A stretch of 64,000 nucleotides of DNA, from NCBI RefSeq assembly GCF_963921235.1, contig NC_086108.1:52082001-52146000 (forward strand), written 5' to 3'. The notes under the pieces were generated by a model. It saw only the letters and a list, made by a program, of their open reading frames with translations. It was not told the origin of the DNA and searched no databases. Positions within the stretch are counted from its first letter, which is position 1. Every line of letters starts with the position of its first letter. Positions 40,095-53,149 of the stretch are shown here, piece by piece. The stretch comes from Mobula hypostoma (lineage: Eukaryota). A program made the position numbers and the translations under genes.

Positions 40095-41089
40095 TTTAGT
40101 CAAATTGGCTGACAGTGGGAAGGGCAGCAGGGAGAAAACAAGGTTTGTTGTGAGAGTTCAGTGAGAGGTGGGGTAGGGAAGCAGATAAAAATGAGAGTGA
40201 ATAGAAAGTGAAATGTAGACAATGTTAGGAGATAAAACAGCATGGGTTGGAGGTAGAAGCATGAAGAATTGGAGGCAGAAAAGGGACAGAAGGAAAAGCA
40301 TAATTGGCATTTGGGAAAAGGGAAATTGAAGAGAACAGAAAGTGGCAACAAAGTAGGAAAAAACACAAGGGACAGTAAGAAACAGCAAGGTAAACAGAAT
40401 AGAAGCAGGTAGAGACCACATTGCTTTACTAAATGCCTCTGGAGAATAACTGATAATTGTGTACTGCTCATTTAACTTCTGAATTAACTAATGTATATAC
40501 CACTTTCTTTAGATGGCCAAGGCATGACAAAGTGGGATTATTTTGTCCTTGCCTGTGTTATTTTTGCTTTGCTGGTGCATTATAATTCAATCTTTACAAG
40601 TATCTTTCACATCTTTTGATCATGGAGTCAGCTGGTAACACAGCTGCACAGGGTACGTGATACTATAAATGGTTCTGGCGCAGAATGTTCCTGTGGGTGA
40701 TTATACAAACTCCCATCGGCTGACACACCTGCTTTCCACTTCACCCTGCTGATTACCAAGTAACCTGAGCTCCAATAGTCCTGCCACAGCAAGGCTTCAA
40801 TGAATTACTTTAAAATTTAGGACACATTGAATTTTGAGCTTTCTTCTTGTATTCGCAGAGGCTTTTTTTTTGTTGCAGTTTTATGCCACTTGTTTCTCTT
40901 TCCATCAATATTACCTGGTCAGCTGAAACTTCCCAGCATTTCCTTGTTTCAGATTTTCAATTTCTGAAGTTTTCTTCCCCATGAGTATTTTCAACTTTTT
41001 CAGTGTGACAATTTACTACTTACTGTTGTCAATTGTGATTCTCCTCGGACATTTGTAATTACATGCTGCTGTACATATTCCAGTCACAT

Positions 41090-41362
41090 TTATTTTCTTT
41101 TGTTTGGAGATACAGTGTGGAACAGGCCCTTCCTGCTCACCGAGCCACTATTCAAACCCTAGCCTAATCACAGGATAATTTAACCTATTAACCAGCACGT
41201 CTTTTGGACTGTGGGAGTATACTGCAGCACCCAGAGGAAACCCATGCACACATAGGAAAAACGTACAAGATTTCTTATGTAGGATGCTGGAATTGAACTC
41301 TGAACTCCAATGCCCTAAGCTGTAATAGTGTCGTTCTAACCACTATGCTACCATGGTGCCCC
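41090..41362 (-). mobile_element. V-SINE-type tRNA SINE
   Basis: Minus strand: ggtagcatagtggttag...gagttcaattcc head and ctcccacagtccaaaagacgtgctggtt domain. Confidence 0.75.
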
Positions 41363-41499
41363 ACATCATGGATAGCTGCAGAGATAATCTACCTCTGGTT
41401 TTCTTATCTGTGTAATCCTGTGGCAGTGTAATGAGCTGTGACAGATTGTACGAAAATGCAATTTGTAACATGGCATTAACTTTAAATAAAGTGGTTACA

Positions 41500-41845
41500 G
41501 TCCAAACCATCACAGACAAAGCCCTCCCCACCAATGAGCACATTTAAATGGAGCACTGCCACAAGAAAATAGCATCCATCATCACTCACTACAGCTCTGA
41601 ACTGATTCCACAATCCACAGACTCACTTTCAAGGACTCTACAACTCACGTTCTCAGTATTTTTTATGTGCACAATTTATCTTCTTTCGCACGTTGGTTGT
41701 TTGTCAGTCTTTATTTATGTGTAGTTTTTCACAAATTCTATTGTATTTCTTTATTTTCCTGTAAATGCCTACATGAAAATTAATCTCAAGGTAATGAATG
41801 GCAAAATGCATTTACTTTGATAATAAATTTATTTTGACTTTGACT
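41500..41845 (+). mobile_element. Rex1/Babar 3' fragment with internal deletion
   Basis: gccctccccaccaatgagcacatt...gcatccatcatca followed by a 3' UTR ending aataaattt...ttgactttgact. Confidence 0.65.
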
Positions 41846-42134
41846 CTGCACCACCTCTGCAACACTCAAGACAAGTGGTGACAGAATGTAAATATCATGC
41901 ATGCTTAGTTGTAGCATCCCCTGAGTGTTGTCAAAAGTACATCTGCTATTTCTAAACTGCAATTTCAGACAATCTAAAGTGAATGTAAGTGATAGATGTA
42001 AGTGGTATTGAGGAAAGAGGTGAGTGATTTTCCAATGCACTTTCTCGTCTAAGGTGAAAAGTGCAGTTCCCTAAGTGTATTGTATAACACCAAACCAAGT
42101 TATGTTATTTGGATTAGTTTTATAAGAGCTGTTA

Positions 42135-43250
42135 GAGTTATAGAGTGATAGAGCTTGGAAACAAGCTTCTTTGGCCCAACTCGTTCATGCTGACCAAGTT
42201 GTTTACCTGAGCTAATTCCATTTGTCTGCATTTGTCCATATCTTTCCAAACCCCTATCAAAATGTATTTTAAACTTTGTAATTGTACCTGCCTCAATAGC
42301 ATCCTCAGGCAGTGCATTCCATGTATCCATCATCCTCTGTGTTTTAAAAAAAAGTCACTGCTCAGGTCCCTTTTAAATCCTCCCCCTCTCACTTTAAACC
42401 TATGGCCTTTAGGCTCACAGCCTCCCCCTACTCCATCCAAAATTTGGAGAAGGATTTTCATGAGTTTGTATACCTCTATAATGTTACCCTTTAACGTCCA
42501 ATGCTCCAGACCTACACACCTCTCCTTATAACATATTTGATATCATCTGCAAATTTACTATCCATGTTAACCACATTGCCACCCAGATTGTTAATGTAGA
42601 TTACAAAACAACAGTGGACCCACCAGATATCCCAGTGCTACACCGCTGGTCACTAGGCTCCAATTTGGAAAAAAAAACATCTTCACTATCATCCTTAGAC
42701 TCCTTCCAGGAAGCTAATTTTTCATCCAATTGAAAACCTTGCTAACCTTGGTTCCTATGGGATCTAATCTTCCCAGTAGTATACCATGCAGGACCTTATC
42801 AAAAGCTTTGTTAAAGTCCATGTAGACATCTACCAGCCTACCCTCATTAATTCTCTTGTCACCTCTTCACATATCTCAATCAAATTTGTGAGAAGCAATT
42901 TTTCACGCCCAAAGCCATATTGACTAACCCTTGCCTTTCCAATTGCAGATAGATCCTGTCCCTCAGAATCACCTCCAGTAACTTTTCACCACTGATCTCA
43001 GACTCATTGGCTCAGGTTTGTCCTTGTAGCCTTTTCAAATAGATGCACAACATTCGATTGCCACCTTTCAGTCTTCTGGTACCTCACCCATGGATAAAGA
43101 TGACGCCACTTCCCCTGCAGTTTCTTCCCTACCTTTCCAACATGTCCCAGGATACACTTGGTCAGGTCTCAAGGAATTATTCATATTAATATGCTTTAAG
43201 ATGATTAGTACATCCTCTTTTGTATATGGATAATTCCAAGACATCCTCAT
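42135..43250 (-). mobile_element. CR1 LINE fragments
   Basis: WNALPEDAIEAGTITKFK and LKHINMNNSLRPDQVYP...GEVPED remnants. Confidence 0.8.
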
Positions 43251-43523
43251 TCAATTTCCATTAATTTCTTAGCTCTTTCTAGACAGATTTAACTAATTTC
43301 ACCCCATCTAAGCCCTTGTCATTATGGCAGTTTCAGTTGATGTAAAGATGGAATTTTAAGGATTTTTTTAAATGAACTTAATTATCAACAACTCAGAAGT
43401 CTGTAATACATAACATGCAAGTCAATGTTTTCAAATCGAATAGTGTTATCCCTATTACTTAAGAATAGACTGTCATCATATATCATTTAGTTTTATCTTA
43501 AACAGAAATAGTTAATAGGGTTT

Positions 43524-43645
43524 TAGAGTCCTGGCGATGGGTCTCAGCCTGAAATGTCTTTTCCATGGATGCTGCCTGGCCTGCTGAGTTCCTCCAGCAT
43601 TTTGTGTATGCTGCTTGGATTTCCAGCATCTGAAGGTTTTCTTGT
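43524..43645 (+). mobile_element. Penelope 3' end remnant with decayed hammerhead motif
   Basis: agtcCTGGCGAtgggtctcagcctGAAATGTC...gatgctgcctggcctgctgagttcctccagcattttgtg. Confidence 0.75.
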
Positions 43646-46600
43646 AATAGAGTTTTATCACAGATTTCAACTAATTTAAACGGTTTCGTAACTTCTTGTC
43701 AATCTCATGCTTACTGCTGCTAGCAACCAAAAGAAGGTTACTAGTGACATGGTTTTTGCCTGAAGTGATCCAAAGTTATTTATTTTCTGAATACTTCCAG
43801 TATTATCCTACAATGTCTGTGTTTTTTTTCAGTACTTACGTTGAGAAAACAATGAGAATGTAAATTCGAAAAATATTTATGTACATGAAGTCTTGAAATT
43901 CATCAATCACCTACAAAGTGAACACTGAAAAAGATATGCCTATTTCAGAGGATTGCTTTAAACTAAGACTTCCTGATTTTTCGTGACATGTTTTAGCATG
44001 TCCACGAAGAATCCTTAAAATCTTGCAGTCTGTTTAGCCAGTCTTTTCATTTCTCTTGACAAATTTATTGGCCATGACCTGCACATGACTAATATAGAAC
44101 ATCTGCATGGTTGTAACACCAATAGATCTAAAAGTTTTAATTCTGTGAGAAATATTTACACATATGGTGAATTTGAATGTCCTTTCCATTTCCATTATAT
44201 CTTGGAAGTGGAAGAAAACCATGCAGCACTAAATTACGATATATTTGTCTTTCTAATTTCTTCTGAACCGAAATATAATAAATGTTTAGTTAGCTGAAAA
44301 GTTGCTCTAATCCTGGATCATTAGGAGTGAGCCAATTTAATGAAATCAGCATTTGATCGGACTATCCTTATGTGGGAGTCAGTTAAACTTCTACTGTGTG
44401 TTACTTAATACTTCCAGGGAACTGAATGAGCAATATTTCATGTAATTTCTTGATAAATGGAACACACAACATTATAGATTGTAAATGGTGCAGTAAGTGC
44501 AATTTCAACATATGTACAACCACACAAATTCCAAGTAATTAACAGTAAGCAATGGGCTAGACTTCCCTCTAAAATGCCAGCAATTTTCTTTGAAACTGTT
44601 GACATCTTCCTACATACCAGAAATTTTAATCCTTTGATGCAAGAATGTGCAGACATGGAAGTGCTGAACTTCCAAATGGGCATTTCCTGAGATTGTGCTG
44701 TCGACACGCCATCTCTTCATTTTTCATGGATTCAAGCAATGTAGTACTAACTTCCTACCTTTCTATAATGTTTGCACTGGAAAATCTGTCCACCAAACTT
44801 GAGTGCTAGGCTAAACTTTCCTCAGACTGTTTCAGGGTTTTTGGCCCCACTATGTGAAGCCACTTGCATAGTATGAAGCACTCTAAGGAATCTTTGAACA
44901 AGCAGTGCACCACTGCCAGAAAATTCTGAGCCAGAATGGTGAAGAGCTGCAAATGTAAAAAGTAAGGACAATTATGTTGTCAGGTTCTTCACAGAAAAGT
45001 TAATTCACATCTGTACTGATTGTCCATGCAAATTTGATGAAGGCATACCCCAAAATTGCGTTACATTAAATGGTGCATACAGTGAGAGAGATCAAACTGG
45101 TTTGCAGAAGTTACTAAAAATTCATGTTTGTGAAAGTGCAGTCAGCTTCTCTTTCATTTGATATTCTAATTAATTTTAATAATTGCATTATTTACAATGG
45201 CTACAAATTTAAAGTGGCAACTTGATTTTTGTTAAATGTTTGAACGGATAAGTAAATCATAGAATTCTAAGACTCAAGAACACAAGATTGCAGAATCCTT
45301 CCAGAAGAATTGAAGTTTTAAATTGAAGACAATGAGATTTCAAAAGACAGAAGGAAAGACTATGTAATTAAGTACAGTAAGTGGCTCGTATAGTGGCTTT
45401 GTAGGAAGCATGTTCTTGCTTTTGTGGTGCAGAAAAGGAGCTCATTGTACAATCACGGCTTCAGATGTATCCAAAATTTCTGAAAACAAAAACATATCAC
45501 CAAAATGCTTTCAAGCAATATGTCACACTGTAAGCTTAATACAGTGAAAATTCAAGGACATAAATGTAAAAGGGAAAGGTCAAGAGTAAGAAAGGAAATC
45601 AGTAAGAAAACTTTTACACCTAAGTAATGAAGCTCAGGGATAAGTCACCAGATAGACAATTGAACTGGACTCAAAATTGACAGAAAAGGAGACAAATATC
45701 ATTGTTAATAGAGAAAATGTAAGCATCAAATTGGATGTAGTTATGATCTTACAACCCAGAAAAAAAGGGGGAAATTTTCTGTGATGTATTTATATATTTA
45801 TAACTGATTGAGGGCCAGTTAAATGTTAAAACAAAAGTAAAGAGTTAATCTTTAAGGTCAGAGAACCAGATCAGAAACATTTGCTCTGTTTCTCTTTCTC
45901 TAGATGCTGTCTGATCTGTGGAGTGTTTCTAGCATGTTGTCCAGACAAAATATCTGTTTTTAAGTTTTTATTCATTCAAGGACTGGATAGTTTGTCAGCA
46001 GGTCAGACAACATCTACAGAAAGAAATAATGAGTCAACGATTTGGGGCCAGACCAATTGTCACTGGGACATTGGGATAGGAAATGGATACAAGTAGTTGT
46101 GTTGACAGAGATGGCAGATCTGTTGAGGAGTGGAAGTTTCAAAGTTTTGAAGTTTGTATTGAGATGAAAATATATTGAAAATATTTACTTGTTACAGTTG
46201 TGTTATGTGAATGAGTTCAAGCCTGTGTGACCTTCAAAACACAACATAGTGTTGCCCAGTTTCAGATTTTGCTTCAACAAGTTATGTATGACTAACCCTA
46301 AAATGTTGCCAACAACGTTGAGCATCTGTAGATAGAAGCAAGGTCAGCTAGAATATTGGAAAAAGGCCATTCATAAGCAGCACTCTGAATTGCTAATGTA
46401 ATCTATCAACAAACCATGTGTAACTGGGGCAGAAGGAATGTTGGAAACTGACTAAGAGTTTGTACTTCAGTACTGCCTCCACGGACATACTCTCCTCTGC
46501 TCCCATCACAGCATATTAATAGCTAATGACAGCTGTGAACTCCATTGAGGCTACAACAGAACCTGTCAACAGACCTAACTGCATTTGCAGCTAAACATGA

Positions 46601-46948
46601 CTTTCTTATTGGTGCAGGCATATTGGAACATGGAAAGAGGTGTATGTGGTGGAGGAGATTCTGCATGAAGTGTTTTTCAGGCACTGGGTCCATCTTCTAA
46701 AAATGCACAATCAGTTTACTTAAATATTTTTGATATTTCTGCCACAATTCATGTTGGCAGACTGTGAACACAGAACAGTTCAGATACTACCCACTTATTA
46801 TTAATGGCCTACTATGCATTGCTTTTGATCCTTATAGCCTATTAGCGAATTCACATAACCACATGTAAAATCAGTCTTCAACATGTTCCCTAAGAGTAAC
46901 TTTCCATTTCTCCCTTTTTTTATCTTGGAGAAGTTAAAATCAGTTGAA

Positions 46949-48465
46949 CGAGAATATTTATCAACTAATTTTCAAAAGACATCAGTCTATCTTCTTTAAA
47001 TAAATCCAAAAAAGAATTAATACCTTTATTTTTCCAAAGTAAAAAAATTGGATCACTCGAAGAAGGCTTAAAAAAGTAATTTCGATAAATTAAACTACAA
47101 AGTTTAATTTTTTTAAGATCAAAAAAATTGCAGAACTGGAGCCAAGTTTGTAAAGAATGCTTAATCACAGGGTTTAAGTTTAAATTAGCAACTTTAGCTA
47201 ACTGTATAGGTAAAGCAGCTCCCAATGATGAGGTTAAATAAAACTGTTTCACAGCTTTCAATTCCAAGTCTACCCAAATTGGCCGATCGTTCTTGTCAAC
47301 CCAATATAACCAAAAGGACATGTATCGCACATTAACAGCCCAGTAATACATTCTTAAATTAGGCAAAGCGATTAGCTGATAAATATTCTCTTTCATACTC
47401 ACACTTTTTACAATACCTTCAAGTTAGACATTTCTTACAAAAATATTTAAGTACTTTTCCTTACATATTGGATGCTGACCTGTTAGATACTATTATGAAT
47501 ATGAACCCTTCGTTGAAGGGTTCCATTAGAAGAATTTATAATTTACTATTACAATGGGATAAGCGTCCTTTATTTAAGATTAAACAAGATTGGAAAAAGG
47601 AACTCAATTTGACTTTTATGACAGAGGATTGGACACGGATTCTGAAGCTGGTTAACTCTTCTTCGACCTGTGCTAGTCATTCACTGATTAATTTTAAAAT
47701 TGTATATTATTACCATTTGAAGAAGGAGAGATTGTCTAAAATATTCCCTAATGTTGGTAGTTATTGTGATAGATGTAAAACTGAGACAGCTACACTGACA
47801 CACATGTTTTGGTCTTGTTCTATACTGGAACAGTTCTGGAAGTCAGTTTTATCGACAATTTCTAAAATATTTAAAGTTAATTTACAACCTAACAAGTTAA
47901 CTGTGCTTTTTGGAATAATTCCTCAAAATATCCGTGGTATCTCTGTGTCTGACCAACATGTTATTGCATTTGTTACTTTGGTAGCTAGGAGGGCCATTTT
48001 GTTGAAGTGGAAGGATACATCAGCTTCCACTTTGTCACAATGGTTCTCTCAAGTGATGCTATGTCTTAGTTTGGAGAAAATTAGAAGTTGAACCTTTGAG
48101 CCTATGTTTGATTTTGAGAAAAGATGGGGTTCATTTGCTCATTGTTATCATTTGAGTTAATTGACAGATTTCCTCCACGATCTAATTGTAAATTTTTGGT
48201 ACTTTTTTTTTCTTGCTGGCGGTTTGATGTTTATCTTTAGAAGCTTTTTGTATGACACATGGCTCCAGGGTTGAACACCTAATGGGGTTTTTTCCCACTT
48301 TTTCTTGCTTAGTAGGTTTTTTTTAATCACGAAAAATTTTTCAGTCTTTAAAATAATGCTTTTTTTCTTGAGACATTGTAAGTGTTGCTTACTTTGATGT
48401 ACTCTTGTTAATTTTGGATAATAATAATAAAAAGATTTGAAAAGAACAAAATAAAAAAATAAAAT
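46949..48465 (+). mobile_element. 5'-truncated L1-clade LINE with inverted 5' segment; TSD (T)AAAATCAGTTGAA
   Basis: Plus ORF 47468-48091 has the L1 Cys-rich C-terminus (CDRC...HMFWSC) then a 3' UTR and A-rich tail; minus ORF 46965-47402 has ALPNLRMYYWA. TSD at 46935-46948 and 48465-48478. Confidence 0.92.
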
Positions 48466-49135
48466 AAAATCAGTTGAAGAGTGGTTATCCTGGAACACGA
48501 GGCATGTCATCTGAAAAGAAAACACTGAAGAATAGCTGGTATTTTGACTATTCTTCAGTCAGACACCTTTTGTTGATATAAAGTACATATAACTGCTTTG
48601 TGTCTAATATTAAAAACATATAAACTGTTGCATCTTTGTAAAGGTGAATATGTTGCTGTATCTTCCCTTGTCTATAATTAATATTAGCATTTATCAGAAT
48701 TGAAGGGAAGGCAATGCAAATTATAGACTAATACATAAATACAGATTTGCACATTGAAAAAAAGGGAAATTTCCACTTCCCATTGTACTAAGGATGCTCT
48801 CTAAGAATAACGTGAATCCGAATGAGTCGCAATCCCAGAAAGAGGCTACAGCGTAAATTTGTGAACAAGGTTTAAAACAGTGTAATTGACCATTATATTA
48901 ATTTTGTTGACCCAACAAAATAGTAACAATTTAAATAACAAACCAATCATTGATGGGCTATACTGATGTTCCTTTCCTACAAAAATTCTGATAAGAAGGA
49001 AGACAGGGAACATACATGCTCTGAATGGCAATTACATTTATCTATTTCCAACATTGTTTTATGAGATGGTCCACTTAAAATTATTTTTTGATATGTGAAT
49101 AAATAGTAATTTTCCTCTTGTTCTGTGCCTCTCAG

Positions 49136-49259
49136 GAAAGCAGTGGAAGAACTGAGTAACCAAAATGAGGCTGACATCCACCAGAAATATGAAGAGAGGC
49201 AGCAGGAGACTGAGCATGTGCAAGCTATCTTGCACAATAAAATCCAGCTTCTGCAAGAG
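49136..49259 (+). CDS. PDE4DIP: PDE4DIP coding exon: (T)KAVEELSNQNEADIHQKYEERQQETEHVQAILHNKIQLLQE
   Basis: Polypyrimidine tract then ctcag|G; donor GAG|gtaggt; 124 nt, phase 2 to 0. EERQQETEHV and NKIQLLQE match recalled PDE4DIP rather than CDK5RAP2. Confidence 0.95.
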
Positions 49260-50918
49260 GTAGGTAAAGGAAGCATCACAGCCTCAGTTGATGATTTCCT
49301 TTATTGTTACAACTATTTGGAGTAGATCATTATATCAGAACACAATGTAAATTTAGTTAATCAATCAAATCCTGCACATAGGATTTAATTTCATTCCTCT
49401 CATTTTCACAAGTAGTTCCAATTACCAAGCCACCTATCTTTTTAAAAGATGTACTTTTATGATCATGATTGTTTAACATCATCACCAAGTCAAAAGGTTA
49501 CAGTCTCAGTACTCTGCTTTGTTATTTTGCCTCAGCAAAAAGTAAACAAAACTCACATGGAAATTAAAACCATTAGTTTTATACTTGGCTTTGGTCCACA
49601 GTTAAATGTTACTACATTTCTAAAGGAGACTGTGACCAGTCTGAGGGCAGAAGTGGAGATAAGTCATGGTGTCATTGTGTCATAATGTGAACGATAAATA
49701 GACCTGGTCAACAACATTCCCCTCTTCATACGTCAAAAATGGTAGCACTTGTTTTAATTTACATATTCAGTAGTAAAGCAACCCAAGCTAATCCTTCACA
49801 GTATAATTAGACAAATATGGACACAAGACAATATTAAGATAGGTAATCAAAAGTTTGGCTAAAGGGGACCATCTTAAAGGAAATGAGAGAGATGAAGTGA
49901 TGGAATTCCATCATTTAGATTCATGAAGGCTCAAAGCTTGACCATTAAACAGATATATTCTGTATTTATCTTTGCAATTGTGTGGCAAATATACTTGTAA
50001 GACAAGTATATAATTACATTTGAATCTCTGGACTTGCCTTGTATTTTTCGGCCCCCAATGGATTGAATCTGCTACTCCAACAAAAGGTCCACTGACCTCC
50101 TCCAACCATCTGATTTCTCAATTACTGTAGCTCCCAGCACACACAATCTGCCAGTCCCTTTCCAATGGTCTCATTCACCAGTCCACCGAATCCCTAACCC
50201 TAAGTTGATGGTGAGATCCTAATATTGCATGAATTCTCTATCATCTATCACACCTTTCTCCGCCACCAACTCCTGGTGATGATCCTTCTGACAAACTACC
50301 TTCACGATCCCTATCATTTAGTTAGAGCCATCTCTTGGCAACGATATAGCAGTCATGCTCCTCCAGCCACTAACCTTACCGGCCGACTTGACCCACAAGC
50401 CTCAAACCTTTAATTGAGGTAGCTGGCCCTCTCTAACCCCACACTCAACCAATTCTCCAGTCTTAGCATCAGTTCCAAAGGCCACATTTTACAGTGCAGG
50501 AAAGTAGTATCAGATACAAGAGCCTTTAGGTCATCTCAGCAATACCCATTGAACAGAGCCATTTGGATGCGAGAGAAAAAAAATATGCATGAATATAAGA
50601 CTCTTCAATCTTTTATTTCAATTGCTTATGTTGTATATACTGTACCCTCTTCAAACTATTGATTTGACTGTAGACAGTTTAATCAGGGAATTGTGTTGGG
50701 ACACACACGCACACGCACACGTTGACACCATTTTTTAAGGGAATGCCACTCACTTTCCAGGAAATGAAATATTCATCACAATATCTTTTTGTGAAGGTAG
50801 CAACCAAATTATTAAAGATTTTACCAGACTGAGGCAAACATTGATTTATAACTGATACTTGTAAATTCAAAAATAAAAAAAAGAAAGCTAAAATTGCTAT
50901 CTCTGTTGTTCAAAACAG

Positions 50919-51085
50919 GAATCCAGATTGGCCAAAAATGAAGTGGAAAAAATGACTGCTAATTTGCAGACTGAGAAACTACGATCTCTTGAATTGGAGA
51001 AGAAACTGAATGATTGCAATTGGGAAAACCAAGAGAATATAAAATTGTGGGAAACTAATGAAAAGGCTTTAATGGAAAAGGACAG
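50919..51085 (+). CDS. PDE4DIP: PDE4DIP coding exon: ESRLAKNEVEKMTANLQTEKLRSLELEKKLNDCNWENQENIKLWETNEKALMEKD(R)
   Basis: Acceptor aaacag|GAA and donor AG|gtaatg; 167 nt, phase 0 to 2. ESRLAKNE continues the recalled PDE4DIP sequence; coiled-coil composition. Confidence 0.93.
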
Positions 51086-51104
51086 GTAATGCATGAAACC
51101 TGTA

Positions 51105-51946
51105 CAGTGGATTTCGGTTAATTGACAATTGGTTCATCAGGGCAACCACTTATTTGGGACAACTCTTAAAGAACAAAAACAAATTGAGAAAATAGCTAGG
51201 ATTCCCTTCATTTATTTCAGACACTGTGCCATTTAATTGGGGCCGGGGACTATTGCCTAGCAGTTTTTAGCTAGTGACAGGTGCATACAGTTTTGTGGCA
51301 GTTAGACACTGCACTGCCCTTAGAAGGAACAGTTTTTCTATTATGTCAGTTGCATATGCTTGTGCTCAAAAACTAATAGTTGGCAAGAAATAAGCAGTAA
51401 AAGAATTCAGAACTGTTTTTCAGGCATTCAGGCTTGGAGATGTCTGAAATGGCCATGAGTAAATATGAAACGATTTCACTGCTAAAACAAATCAGGAACT
51501 ATGAAGAATTTGAAGGTATCAACAATCATCTTGAATGTTGCAATGAAAATGAAGATTTGGAGTATGCGATCATTGATAGCATTGTATGGAGGCAGTCCAT
51601 TATCCACATTAGGTGTCTATGCTGATTTTGTTCCTTTACTGTCAAATCAAAAGAATGCAGCAGCAGACAGGTACACTGGATGAATTCCTCTGTCGATAAC
51701 TATCAGAAATTAATACTCAGTTTTATGGTATTGTAATAGTATTCATTTTTTGTGTTCTATTTTGTGATAGTGTTCTATTTTGTTCTGTATTTCATTTCAA
51801 TATTTAATTTGTTACTCAGTTAAATAGTAGTTTGTCTTTTTTATACCCTTTTAAATATTTCCATGAAACTTAGCTAATTGGGGTAGCCACTTAATTGGGC
51901 CAAAATATACTCGTCCTGATGTGTCCCAGTTAACTGGAATCCACTG
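51105..51946 (+). mobile_element. Non-autonomous pogo/Tigger-like DNA transposon
   Basis: TA|cagtggatttcggttaattg ... cagttaactggaatccactg|TA; internal GTLDEFL remnant resembles the pogo C-terminal motif. Confidence 0.88.
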
Positions 51947-52132
51947 TACTGAAATAATGTTTTAGAAATAAAAGCACTGGTTTGAAGAGAGAAGATTGAT
52001 TGTGAGAAAGGGCCTCAGTTACTAATGTTTTTCTGCAAGGATTTTGATTTGACTATTTCTGAAAAAATAATTCAGGATTTCCTTTCTGATTATTATTTTC
52101 AAAAATTTTATTGTGATCTAAGTGCACAATTA

Positions 52133-52335
52133 TGCCGGCTGGTAGTGTAATGGCATCAACACTGGACACGGAGGTTAATGGTCCCAGGTTCAAATACAAC
52201 TGGCCCCTTGCACACTTTCTATCCGTTCTGGGTTGAGCATCAAACTAGCAACCTCGGCCTTGTACAAAGCAGACAAATGCTAAGGAAACAGTAAAAAATG
52301 CTGCCCAATGCGCCACAGGTATGAAAAGAAACAAC
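52133..52335 (+). mobile_element. tRNA-derived SINE
   Basis: A-box-like tggtagtgtaatgg, B-box-like ggttcaaatac, and an aacaacaa tail. Confidence 0.6.
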
Positions 52336-53149
52336 AAGTGAATAATTAAATGCTAACTTTCCTGGGTGGAATTGAGTTGTTAAATGTTCTAGCAAATCTC
52401 AAGGATCCAAAGCATTATTTAAAGAAGATCAGGGTGTTATTCTATAATCATTAACAATATTTCCATCTTTATAAATAAATGTGTAAAAACTAATAGATGG
52501 TTATTCAGTTTGTGGAATTTTCAAGGAGTTTGGTAGTTTAAAGGAGATATTAAACTGGCCCCACAAAAGCAATAACTGTAATTCAGATGTATTTCAGTTT
52601 GTTAAATGTTAAAAAAAAAATGTGGTAAAGCTGTACATAAATTCAAGTATTATTTTTAGTAGATTCAAATAAATTCCTGATATTTTTATCATACACTGCT
52701 CAGCAAAAAATAGCCAATATCATTATCTACAGCTATAATATTTATAATATCCTGAAAATCTTAAGTCAAACCATTATTTCTTGTATATATTGAGTAAGTA
52801 ATCTTAATGGTCCATTGCAATGCTTTTAAAGTTAAGTATTGAAACATTAACAGTTGCTTGTTTTTCTTAGAATTATTGAAATTTTATTATTCTGGTACAA
52901 AATCTTCCCATCAATAATGCATCTCTGTGGTGCTGCATATTTTGGACTATTAGATCCACTATTCATAGTGCAACTATATTTTCCTTCTTTGACCTGCAAA
53001 GGATTTTAATGTCAATTTAATACAACACAAGAGTGCAGTACTCCTACACAGAAAACAACAAGATTCCCTCAGGGTGTATAAACCTATCGTTATAAACTTA
53101 GATTTTCATTCAGTATTTTCAAACTGAACACATTTTTACTTTCATGCAG

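Noticed and set aside
40100..40471. Hydrophobic Phe/Leu/Cys-rich minus-strand ORFs
   Set aside because: By-product of a purine-rich low-complexity plus strand; no splice or homology support.
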